DNA from: Squalus acanthias
Taxonomy: Eukaryota
Direction: 5' to 3'
Length of the DNA stretch: 64,000 nt
NCBI GenBank assembly: GCA_030390025.1
Contig: JASTWF010000158.1
Span: forward strand, 558,001-622,000
A program made the translations under genes and the position numbers. This document shows, piece after piece, positions 10,925-22,589 of this stretch; within the stretch, counting starts at the first letter, position 1, and each line of letters opens with the position of its first letter. The notes beneath the pieces were generated by a model. The model had not been told where the DNA came from. It ran no database searches and saw only the letters and a list, made by a program, of their open reading frames with translations.

Positions 10925-13114
10925 TTATGAGGACAGGTTGCATAGACTAGGCTTGTACTCCCTTGAATATAGATGATTAAGGGGTGATCTAATTGAGATG
11001 TTTAAGATGATTAAAGGATTTGATACGGTTGATAGAGAGAAACTATTTCCTCTGGTGGGAGAGTCCAAAACAAGGCTCGGCTGTGGTTCAGTGGTTCGCA
11101 CTCTTGCCTCTGGGTCAGAGTTTGTGGGCTCAAGTGCCACTCCAGGGACATAATCTAGGCTGACACTCTAGTGCAGTACTGAGGAAGCGCTGCACTGTCA
11201 GAGGTGCAGTCTTTCAGATGAAACATTAAACTGAGACCCCGTCTGCCCTCTGAGGTCGATAACAAAAATCCCAGAGCACTATTTCGAAGAAGGGCAGGGA
11301 AGTTCTCCCAGTGGAAAAGCTTTTAGAAACAGTAATCAGGGACAAAATTAACAGTCACTTGGACAAGTGTGGATTAATTAAGGAAAGCCAGCGTGGATTT
11401 GTTCAAGGCAAATCGTGTTTAACTAACTTGATTGAGTTCTTTGATGAGGTAACAGAGAGGGTTGATGAGGGCAATGCGGTTGACATGGTGTACATGGATT
11501 TCCAAAAGGCGTTCAACAAAGTGCCACATAATAGGCTTGCCAGCAAAGTTGAAGCCCATGGAATAAAAGGGACAGTGGCAGCATGGATACGGAATTGGCT
11601 AAGTGATAGGAAACAGAGAGTAGTGGTGAACTATTGTTTTTGGACTGGAGGAAGGTACACAGTGGTGTTCCCCAGGGGTCGGTTCTAGGACCACTGCTTT
11701 TCTTGATATATATTAATGACTTGGACGTGGGTGTGTACAGGGCACAATTTCAAAATTTGCAGATGACACAAAACTTGGAAGTACAGTGAACAGTGAGAGG
11801 ATAGTGATAGACTTCAAGAGGACATAGGCAGGCTGGTGAATCATAGAATCATAGAAATTTACAGCACAGAAAGAGGCCATTCGGCCCATCTTGTCCATGC
11901 CAGCCGACAAAGAGCTATCCACCCTAATCCCACTTTCCAGCACTTGGTCTGTAGCCTTGTAGGTTACGGCACTTCAAGTGCATATCCAAGAACTTTTTAA
12001 ATGTGATGAGGGTTTCTGCCTCTACCACCCTTTCAGGCAGTGAGTTCCAGACCCCCACCATCCTCTGGGTGAAAAAATGTCTCCTCAAATCCCCTCTAAA
12101 CCTCCGACCAATTACTTTAAATCTATGCCCCCTGGTTATTGACCTCTCTGGTAAGGGAAATAGGTCCTTCCTATCCACTCTATCAAGGCCCCTCATAATT
12201 TTATACACCTCAATTAGGTCTCCCCTCAGCCTCCTCTGTTCCAAAGAAAACAACCCCAGCCTATCCAGTCTTTCCTCATAGCTAAAATTTCCCAGCCCAG
12301 GCAACATCGTCATAATTCTCCTCTGTACCCTCTCTAGTGCAATCACATCCTTCCTGTAATGTGGTGACCAGAACTGCATGCAGTATTCTAGCTGCGGCCT
12401 AACTAGTGTTTTAAAAGAAAGACTTGCATTTATATAGAGCCTTTCACGACCACCAGAAGTCTCAAAGTGCTTTACAGCCAATGAAGTACTTTTGAAGCGT
12501 AGTCACTGTTGTAATGTGGGAAACGCGGCAGCCAATTTGCACACAGCAAGCTCCCACAAACAGCAATGTGATAATGACCAGATAATCTGTTTTTGTTATG
12601 TTGGTTGAGGGATAAATATTGGCCGGGACACTGGGGATAACTCCCCTGCTCTTCTTCGAAATAGTGCCATGGGATCTTTTACGTCCACCTGAGAGAGCAG
12701 ACAAGGCCTCGGTTTAACGTCTCACCCGAAAGACGGCACCTCCAACAGTACAGCACTCCCTCAGCACTGTATTGGAGTGTCAGCTTAGCTGTATGTGCTC
12801 AAGTCCTTGGTGTAGGACTTGAACCCACAACTTTCTGACTGAGGCGAGTGTGCTACCAACTGAGCCACAGCTGACACTATACAGTTCAGTGAATGGTTAG
12901 GATCTGGAATGCACTGCCTGAGAGGGTGGTGGAGGCAGATTTGATCATGGCTTTCAAAAGGGAGTTGGATAAGTACCTGAAGGAAAAAAATTTGCAGGGC
13001 TACGGGGAAAGGGCGGGGGAGTGGGACTAGCTGAGGTGCTCTTGCAGAGAGCCGGCACGGGCTTGATGGGCAGAATGGCCTCCTTCTGTACTGTAACCAT
13101 TTTATGATTCTATG
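10925..13114. mobile_element. Nested CR1/SINE cluster: CR1(+) 10925-11068 resuming 12880-13114; SINE(+) 11073-11310; CR1 RT(+) 11311-11840; CR1 3' end(-) 11838-12412; SINE(-) 12417-12877
   Basis: CR1 ORF2 peptides (…SCLTNLIEFFDEVT…YMDFQKAFNKVPH; …QFWSPHYRKD…) and tRNA-headed SacSINE1-type SINE sequence. Confidence 0.85.
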
Positions 13115-14349
13115 TCCCCTTTTGATTCTTATATCTTCTGGGTATCCATTTTAATAGTGGCTTCCTCAGTGGACACCTTTATTATCTTTTACATACTGGC
13201 GATCTCTTACAACTTAGCTCCTCTTCCCTATTAACACCAATTACTTTTTAAGCTGCTGTCCCATTAGAATGTATTATTGCCTGTGCTGTCTTTAAAAAAA
13301 AGAATCCTTACTTCTCTTTGTTTATCTGAGCCCTCTACCTGCACACTGTTCCTGAAGCTTTACGGAGTGGAACTGTCTCACCATGAGGTAATTCACCATT
13401 TTTCCAATGCTGTGCACATTTCCTGCCAATATTGATAGCTCCCATTAGAGTCTATCTGATGCTCTTAGTATTAGCAATATTCAACATCTGTGCACCTGGA
13501 TGCCATTGGATTTATGAGCCAGCATCTCTGGCCAGCAAGAAAAAAGATGAAACTCACATCCCCTACTATATATATGGCACAGCGTTAGAGTTCCAATGCA
13601 ATAAAGCCAGGAAATTATGCTATGCAGCATTATCATACAAACACTTAATATGTTTGTATCAAATTTCTTGTTAATTTTAATTGAGGCTTTATTTCCCATT
13701 TATTTTAAATGGGCTGCCGCCTCCAGTAAAACAGAACACAGGGAAATTCGGTAAGCATTCGGACCATAATATCACACAACATAATTTCCAGGCTTGCATC
13801 ACCAAATTCACTTCATTGGCGCATTCTTATATTCTTAACGCGACTGAAATATGAGTGGGTTAAAGTTTTTCAGGAAACCGGCAAAGTTTTGTTGAGCACT
13901 CTTGCTCGTTGCAGTTCAGGGCTTTGGGTTATTTTTTAAGTTCATTTAATTAATAAAAAAAAAACTAATGAGCTTGTTGAGCTTCTCCAGGGATAATTTT
14001 CTTGCACGTTATTCAATGTTTCTTTGCTCAGGAATTGCTTGTATTTATAATACCTGACTGCTCAAAAGGATTTACTTATTTTTCTCTCCAGGGGCCTGAT
14101 TCAAGTCATCACACATAGCAGGCAAACATATAGTTGAATACATTATGTAAATTGCTCCATACATGGGCTTTGCACACACACAGTTCAAATGTTGTGGTAA
14201 TTCTTTGAATCACATGGATATTATTTATGCACTGTATCTAATTAAAGCAAATGAAAAATATAAGATGTGCAGCTGAGAATTATGCAAGTGTGCAAGCCAG
14301 ATAGAAATACCACTGGCATTGTTAAACACGACTCTATGGAAGGATACAG

Positions 14350-15720
14350 TTGAATATCTAGAATATATTGCATACCAGAGAATCAGAATAAGAGGTTTAA
14401 TCAACTTAAAAGGCTACAGGGAATTGTTCTGCATGAGGGAGGCAGACACTTTTATCAGTATATATTTGAATAGTGCATATTTATCACTGGTCTGTAAGTA
14501 CAGTCTTGTTTGCATTCCCACATGTTAATTTACTGGTAGTAATAACTTAGACCGTTCATTAGTAAGCTCGGTGAAAACATTTTAAAAATTATTTATTCTC
14601 AGGATGTGGGTGTCGCTGGCAAGGCTGGCATTTATTGCCCATCCCTAGTTGCTTTGGAAAGGTGGTGTTGGGACTTCTTCTCGACCCTCTGCAGTTCTTT
14701 GTAGTGGTTTGATACAACTGTGTGGCTTGCTACATCACATGGCCTGTCTTTGGTGGTGTAGTTTGAAGGATGAATGTTGGCCAGGACAGCAAGAGAACTC
14801 CCTGCTCTTCTTGAAATAGTGCCATGGTATCTTTTCCATCTACCTGAACAGGTAGACAGGGTCTTAACATCTCATCTGAAAGGTCGCACTTCTGACAATG
14901 TAGTACTCCCTCAGGACGGCACTGAACTATTAGCCTAGATGGACGTCAACCCTTAACCCTAACTCAGAAGCAAGAGTGCTACCAACTGATGGGTTTGTTA
15001 CTAATATTGCAAACTGTGATTTCAATCCATTGGAAAAGAGGGCGCCTCTAGGGCAAGTACTTCAATCGTGCCACCTCTGAATATGTCATCTGAGAAGCAA
15101 CATAAGACAATGCAAGGGACACATCAGATACAATAGTTAAAAGTGCAACCCTCAAAGCCTCACGATTCAGGGTACTGCTAACAGAGAATGGAAACCTTTT
15201 ACACCAGTTGTCTAGAGATTCGGGATGATTTTTGCACAATGCACAATGATAAAACCAGAGATGCTAAATTATGATCTTTGAGTAAGAAGACATCGGATAC
15301 AAGAACCCATTGGACCGTGAATGTAAAACCAGACAGAAGGATATTGAAAGTCAGTTGGAAAGTGCCCTCTTATTCTCCGATAGAAAGCAGGTTAGCTTCA
15401 ACCACCAGCAGTTTCTCTCTACCTTGATAAACCATGAGAGCTCAAATATTTGCCACTGTTGCATGACAAGAAAATCACAGGGACAGTGAACATTAACCAT
15501 AGTAATTCCTATGCTATGTCCAGACTACTGGCCAGCAAATAGGTCTGATGATTATGGTGAGGAAAACACTGTATAAAAAGTTCAATTTGTTTTACAAATT
15601 ATTAAAAATTGTCCATCATGATTTCAAAGATGATGCTAGACATAATTGGTACAAGGTACCTGTGTTATTAATTAACTGTATCATAGGTAATACCTTCCAC
15701 AAGCTGAGTGCAAGCATGTC
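14350..15720 (-). pseudogene. Decayed filovirus-like nucleoprotein (NP) endogenous viral element, interrupted by LINE/SINE at about 14585-14990
   Basis: Collinear motifs against recalled Ebola NP: KVLPMIQLINNTGTLYQL (15696-) ~ RVIPVYQVNNLEEICQL; FLSCNSGKYLSSHGL (15472-15428) ~ FLESGAVKYLEGHGF; LASLVLSLCIV ~ FASLFLPKLVV; LSYVASQMTYSEVARLK ~ ISNSVAQARFSGLLIVK; DKYALF ~ GEYAPF. Contains stops and frameshifts. Confidence 0.7.
14585..14990 (-). mobile_element. CR1-group LINE 3' tail plus SacSINE1-type SINE fragment
   Basis: 14590-14700 matches the 28280 LINE end; 14760-14990 matches the SINE at 12417-12877. Confidence 0.7.
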
Positions 15721-16834
15721 TTTACTCACATGAACTTAATTATTACCCCTACCCACCCTGTGCTTCTAATCAAGCACGAACCTTCCCTTATATTTTTCAA
15801 ACTTCATGGGCCTCCAGTTCACCGACCGATTCCAGAGCCAGATTTGAAGACTTGACTTCGATCTCACAGGTCTGCAGATGACACCAAGCTCGGAAGATAG
15901 ATCCATATCTATTAGTCTTCACAGACACCACCCCTCACCCCCGTAGGGAAGTTCCTTTGAACTCAGCTCAGTGACTATGCAACTTTTGTACACAGGAATT
16001 TGCTTTGTAAATAATTCTTTCTCATTATTTTATGCATTATCATGAACAGATAGTTGTATAGAGGATTTTATAATAATATTTAGTTAAAATTAGTAAATTT
16101 ATTAGTTTCAAAACCACCCTGTTTATTTGAAATTGTATTGTGTGCGACCCAATGATCCATTTGATATTTAACTGAATGTCAGAAAGTATTCCTGCGCTTC
16201 TAATTTTACCACTGCACTATTGGGCAAAGCGTTTGTTAGAGAAGTGAAAAAAAGTTTTGCCAAACACTTTTTCATGAAGAAGAAACCCCTTTAACTGTTA
16301 GTAGCAATGAAGTCCAAATAATATCCTCACTCAACGTCCTCTATAATAAACATTCATAACGAATAGATGCCTCTGTGCTAAAATCTGTAAAATCAATGAT
16401 TACTTGCTGATTTTATTCAAAATAACTCCTGAAGCATGTCCCTGAGGAATGGGCTGCCCAGTTCTAAACATTCTAGCTGTTGCAATTAATTAAGTTGCCA
16501 GTGGGGGCAATATATGTCTCCACTGTTGATGTCACATAGTAACAAAGGCTAGACCATAGCAACAACAGGAAAGACCTGCAGGCACAGTAAAAACGTCTGT
16601 AAGCGATTAAAAATTGATTTAAAAACTCATTGCAGGAATGCAGTTTCATTCTAGGTGGGGCATAAGAAGCCCCACAACAGGCCCAAGCAAGACAATTTGT
16701 TTAAATACCTTTGCACCCATAAATATAATTTTTGAAAATCTTTTAATAATTACTGGCAGTAAAAGGGAAACATTTGCTGCTCAAACACTGCATTAGAATT
16801 ATGATATTTGTGATTTTTGCTATGAGAATAGCAA

Positions 16835-16887
16835 AATAGCAGGAATAATGTCCCTTTACAGAGCAAAGGGACATTATTCCTGCTATT
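16835..16887. repeat. Perfect 23-bp inverted repeat with 7-nt loop
   Basis: AATAGCAGGAATAATGTCCCTTT-acagagc-AAAGGGACATTATTCCTGCTATT. Confidence 0.95.
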
Positions 16888-16933
16888 AGTTATTGTGCAC
16901 AACAGAATTCTATATTTGGCCGTTCCTTCAGGA

Positions 16934-18645
16934 GGGCAGAAAGTTATCACCGGGGGGGGGCAGAGAGTTATCACCGGGGGTGGGGGGGCAGAGAGTTATC
17001 ACCAGGGGGGGCAGAGAGTTAACACCAGGAGGGCAGAGAGTTATCACCAGGGGGGGGGGGGGGGCAGAGAGTTATCACCGGGGGGGCAGAGAGTTATCAC
17101 CGGGGGGGGGGGGCAGAGAGTTATCACCGGGGGGGGGCAGAGAGTTATCACCAGGGGGGGCAGAGAGTTATCACCAGGGGGGGGGGGGGGGCAGAGAGTT
17201 ATCACCGGGGGGCAGAGAGTTATCACCGGGGGGGGGCAGAGAGTTATCACCGGGGGGGGGGAGCAGAGAGTTATCACCGGGGGGCAGAGAGTTATCACCG
17301 GGGGGCAGAGAGTTATCATCGGGGGGGGGGGGGGGGGGGGTGGTGGGGGGGCAGAGAGTTATCACCGGGGGGCAGAGAGTTATCACCGGGGGGGGGGGGG
17401 GCAGAGAGTTATCACCGGGGAGGGGGGGCAGAGAGTTATCACCGGGGGGGGGGAGGCAGAGAGTTATCACCGGGGGGCAGAGAATTATCACCGGGGGGGG
17501 GGGGGGGCAGAGAGTTATCACCGGGGGGCAGAGAGTTATCACCGGGGGGGGGGGGGGGGCAGAGAGTTATCACCGGGGAGGGGGGGCAGAGAGTTATCAC
17601 CGGGGGGGGGAGGCAGAGAGTTATCACCGGGGGGCAGAGAATTATCACCGGGGGGGGGGGGGGGCAGAGAGTTATCACCGGGGGGCAGAGAGTTATCACC
17701 GGGGGGCAGAGAGTTATCACCGGGGGGGCAGAGAGTTATCACCGGGGTGGGGGGGGGGTGGGGGGGCAGAGAGTTATCACCGGGGGGCAGAGAGTTATCA
17801 CCGGGGGGGGACAGAGAGTTATCGCCGGGGGGGGCAGAGAGTTATCACCGGGGGGCAGAGAGTTATCACCGGGGGGGGGGGGGGGGGGGCAGAGAGTTAT
17901 CACCGGGGGGGGGGGGGCAGAGAGTTATCACCGGGGGGGGCAGAGAGTTATCACCGGGGGGCAGAGAGTTATCACCGGGGGGGGGGGGGGGGGGCAGAGA
18001 GTTATCACCGGGGGGGGGGGGAGCAGAGAGTTATCACCGGGGGGGGGCAGAGAGTTATCACCGGGGGGGCAGAGTGTTATCACCGGGGGTGGCAGAGAGT
18101 TATCACCGGGGGGGGACAGAGAGTTATCACCGGGGGGGGGGGCAGAGAGTTATCACCGAGGGGGCAGAGAGTTATCACCGGGGGGGGGGGGCAGAGAGTT
18201 ATCACCGGGGGGCAGAGAGTTATCACCGGGTGGCAGAGAGTTATCACCGGGGGGGGACAGAGAGTTATCACCGGGGGGGCAGAGAGTTATCACCGGGGGG
18301 GCAGAGAGTTATCACCGGGGGGGGGGGGAGGTGGGGGGGGCAGAGAGTTATCACCGGGGTGCAGAGAGTTATCACCGGGGGGGGGACAGAGAGTTATCAC
18401 CGGGGGGGGCAGAGAGTTATCACCGGGGGGCAGAGAGTTATCACCGGGGGGGGGGGGGGGGGCAGAGAGTTATCACCGGGGTGGGGGGGAGCAGAGAGTT
18501 ATCACCGGGGGGGGCAGAGAGTTATCACCGGGGGGGGGACAGAGAGTTATCACCGGGGGGGGGCAGAGAGTTATCACCGAGGGGGCAGAGAGTTATCACC
18601 GAGGGGGCAGAGAGTTATCACCGGGGGGGCAGAGAGTTATCTCCA
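16934..18645 (+). repeat. Minisatellite GCAGAGAGTTATCACCG(G)n, roughly 65 units, variable G-run spacers
   Basis: Directly visible. The long ORFs in all three plus frames are a consequence of a stop-free unit. Confidence 0.97.
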
Positions 18646-19410
18646 GGCCGCGTCTTCTGCACATGTCGACTGCACAATCTGTGGTGGAACACCTCAGTTC
18701 CTCTCCCTCTCCCTTATATTTTGTGCTCACCTGCAAGAGGGAACAACAGACCTATGAGTGTCTGTAAGGCATGTGTGCATCCGATGAGGGTGACTGTCAG
18801 GCTGATGTATCACGAGTGTCACTGGCATGCATTTGAGGACGTGTGCTGAGAGTCGGGGAGCTGACTGAGGCGGGATCGCATTGCATAAGGATTGGGGTGA
18901 GTGGCGGTAGTGGATCGAGAAAGGCGTGAGCTGAGAGAGTGCATAGAAAGGGAACAATGGGTGCTGCTGAAACTTAAGAGGCTGTGAGGAGTGATGTGAT
19001 GGACAAGACAGAGTCGGGGTGGGTGGGGTTGTGCACTACAGGATGTAGGTGATTCTACAATTGTGCTTACCTTTCCTGACCTGGTTAGGTCATTAAACCG
19101 CTTCCTGCACTGGATCCAGGTACGGGGCACTATACTCCTGCTGCTGACCTCCTCAGCCACTTCTAACCACGCCTTCTTGGTCACAGCAACAGGTTTCTTC
19201 TTGCCATTGCTTGGGAAGAGTGCCACTTTCCTGGTCCTTGCTGCTCCCAGCAGTAGGGCCTCACTGAAGCGGTGCGCAGCCGTTGACCGTCCTGACTCCA
19301 TCTGTGAATTGTTCACTCTCTTAAATTGCTCCCAACTCATCCAAAATCCATCTTTGCATTGGCCCTTTAAATAGTCAAGATAAATTTGCATCATGCGGTT
19401 CCACATCACA
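18640..19410 (-). mobile_element. Harbinger Myb/SANT gene remnant; element end probably resumes at about 27850-28023 after the CR1 insertion
   Basis: MESGRSTAAHRFSEALL…WLEVAEEVSSRSIVPRTWIQCRKRFNDLTRSGK followed by a GTAAGC donor; decayed exon 2 at about 18650-18731. Confidence 0.8.
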
Positions 19411-21154
19411 AATAATGGAGGCCTGTAAAAAAGGTACGGTAATAATCATGGGTGATTTTAATCTCCATATTGATTGGACAAATCAAATTGGCCATAGTAG
19501 CCTTGAGGAGGAGTTCATAGAGTGTATCCGGGATGGTTTCCTAGAAGAGTATATAATGGAACCAACCAGGGAGCAGGCTATCTTGGATCTGGCACTGTGT
19601 AATGAGACAGAATTAATAAATGATCTCATAGTAAAGGATCCTCTAGGAAAGAGTGATCATAGCATGGTTGAATTTCAAATTCAGTTGGAGGGTGAGAACA
19701 TTGTATCTCAAACCAGTTTCCTGATCTTAAACAAAGGCAATTACAATGGCATGAGGGCAGAACTGGCTAAAGTGGACTGGAAAAATAAATTAAAGGGTAA
19801 GACAGTTGAAATGCAGTGGTGGGCATAAGAACATAAGAAATAGAAGCAGGAGTAGGCCATTCGGCCCTTCGAGCCTGCTCCGCCATTCAATGAGGTCATG
19901 GCTGATCTTCTGCCTCAACTCCATTCACCGGCCCTATCGCCATATCCCTTGATGCCCTTACAAGTCAGAAATCTACCGACTTCTGTTTTGAATATTCCCA
20001 ATGACTGAGCCTCCACAGCCCCCTGGGGTAGAGAATTCCAAACATTCACCACCCTCTGTGTGAAAAAATGTCTTCTCATCTCAGTCCTGAATGGCCTACC
20101 CTTTATCTTGAGGCTGTGGCCCCTGGTTCTAGACTCCCCAGTTAAGGGAAACATTCTCCCAGCATCCATCCTATCAAGCCCTGTAATAATTTTGTATGCT
20201 TCAATGAGATCCCCTCTCATTCTTCTGAATTCAAGAGAATACAGGCCTAGTTTATTCAATCTCTTCTCATACGACAGTCCCGCCATCCCAGGAATCAATC
20301 TCGTGAACCTTCGTTGCACTCCCTCTATGGCAAGTATATCCTTCCTTAGGTAAGGAGACCAAAATTGTATACAGTACTCCAGGTGTGGTCTCATCAAGGC
20401 CCTATATAATTGGAGTAAGACTTCTTTACTCTTGTACTCAAATCTTCTTGTAATGAAGGCCAGCATACCATTTGCCTTCCTAATGGCTTGCTGCACCTGC
20501 ACATTCACTTTCAGTGACTCATTTACAAGGACACCCAGGTCCCTTTGAGCATCTGCATTCCCCAATCTTTCACCATTTAGGAAATACTCTGCCTTTCTGT
20601 TTTTTCTACCAAAGTGGATAACTTCACATTTATCCACATTATGGGGGAAAAATTCAGTTGGTTGCGTCTCCCGTTAGCACCTTAAGAGGGCGCTAATGGG
20701 GCGCAAAGCAACTAGCGCCCGGGCACAGCGATGTTTGCGCTGCTCGCAAAATTAACTAGACATTTTGTGGCGGCGCTAAACTTTACCGTCGCAATCTCCT
20801 GCACACGCAGATCTTGACGTCATACGAGGGTGCAACGCCCTTGTGGCGCCCCGGAGCGGAAATTGAGTGGCGCCCCCATCCTTTCCGCCTGGCGCAGCCA
20901 ACGACCGGAAGACTGGAACACTCCCCAGTCGCTGTGGGGCTGGGGGGCGCTATTTAAAGGGGGCCTCTTCCTGTCTTTCTCTGTGGTAGACATTTTTGCA
21001 CCACTCGTTCTGAGAGAGAGAGAGAGAGATTCGGAGAGAGAGAAAGAGAGACTTCTGCATTGAGTCAATGCTGTGTGAGGTAGTTTTGGCTACTGATCAT
21101 AACTTTGCAGGTACTTTGGTTTTTGACCTTCATAACTTTGATTGCCAAGAGACT

Positions 21155-22315
21155 ATGGGGGCTGCACTGATTGGGGGTGCCGTCCTGCGCCAGCAGAATC
21201 GGAGGACACAGAGACGCAGAGAGAGAGTGGCAATCATGGCCAGACGGAGGAGGGCCAACAGGCCTCTGTACAGGAGACCTTACCCTCCCAGGGTATATCG
21301 CCAACAATTCACATATATTAATATGTCTGAGGAGCAGTGTTTGCGAAGGCTGCGCTTCAGCAAGGAGGTAGTCACTGAGCTCTGCCACCTGCTGCAGCCA
21401 GATCTGCAGCCTCAACTGAGGTCCAGGACATCTCTGTCGGTGGCAGCGAAGATCACAATGGCTCTGAACTTTTATGCCACTGGCTCATTTCAATCAGCTA
21501 CTGGGGACATCGCCAATATCTCCCAGTTCGCGGTGCATTGCTGCATCCATCAGGTCACAAATACCCTCTTTAAAAGGAGACGAGAGTACATCTCTTTCCC
21601 CATGACCCCAGACAAGCAGCAAGAACGCGCAATGGGCTTTGCTAGGATAGTGGGCTTCCCCATGGTGCAGGGCGCCATTGACTGCACGCATGTGGCTTTG
21701 CGTGCTCCGCATGAGGATGCCGAGGATTTCCGCAACAGAAAGGGGTTCCATTCCTTAAACGTTCAGTTGGTCTGTGACCACAGACAGCTGATACTCGCTG
21801 TCAATCCCCACTATCCTGGTAGCTGCCACGATGCATTCATCCTGCACCAGACTACTGTGGCAGAACTTTTCCAGGCACCGCATCAGCCAGTTGGTTGGCT
21901 TCTCGGGGACAAGGGATATCCACTGAGCACCTGGCTGATGACACCGCTCCGTACACCCAACACCCCTGCTGAGCTGCGGTACAATGAGAGCCATCAAGCT
22001 ACCAGGAACATCGTTGAGCACACAATCGGCGTGCTCAAGCAATGGTTCCGCTGTCTGGACCATTCTGGAGGAGCCCTGCAGTACTCGCCTGAGTGAGTTT
22101 CCCACTTCATAGTTGTGTGCTGCATGCTGCATAACCTGGCAATCCTCAGGACCCAGCCAATGCCACCAGGCCTTGGAGCACCACCAGAGGAGGAGGAGGA
22201 AGAGGAGGAGGAAGAGGAGGAGGATGATCATCAGCAGCACCAAGGCGGGAGGGAGGCCCACAATGTAGAAACTGGAAGGGCCGTCCGTCAATGGCTGATA
22301 GCAAGCCGCTTCTAG
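21155..22315 (+). pseudogene. Harbinger (HARBI1-like) DDE transposase with one premature stop at 22094-96
   Basis: [55 protein letters not shown]. The frame continues past TGA as VSHFIVVCCMLHNLA to an acidic tail. Confidence 0.93.
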
Positions 22316-22589
22316 GCCCCTGCTGAGGAAATGGCTTCTGCTATTGAGAACAACATGAATGAAACCAACCTGCAACCCCTAAGCCGGCCAAGGCAGCAAT
22401 GATTCCAAAGACCAAACATGTACATTTTGAATACAAAAACTTATTTATTTTACAAACTCTGTGTGTGTTATTTCCTCATGACAAACTAATAGAAAGAAAC
22501 ACAAAAAAAGTCATTAACATAACTGGTTCTCACAACCTGGAGATAATGTCCAAAACACTAAACAAAAGTTTGACCACGAACCTCGGCCT

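Noticed and set aside
16934-18645. CRISPR array, or phage lambda operator half-sites (TATCACCG)
   Set aside because: The spacers are only poly-G, there are no cas genes, the context is vertebrate, and an 8-bp match is expected by chance.
16893-18849. 620-aa Gly-rich ORFs in three frames as a real protein gene
   Set aside because: They are a by-product of a stop-free minisatellite whose G-runs shift frame at random.
21068-22315. Domesticated host HARBI1 or NAIF1 genes
   Set aside because: The ORFs lie within TIRs and a TSD, are inserted into a CR1, and carry nonsense mutations.
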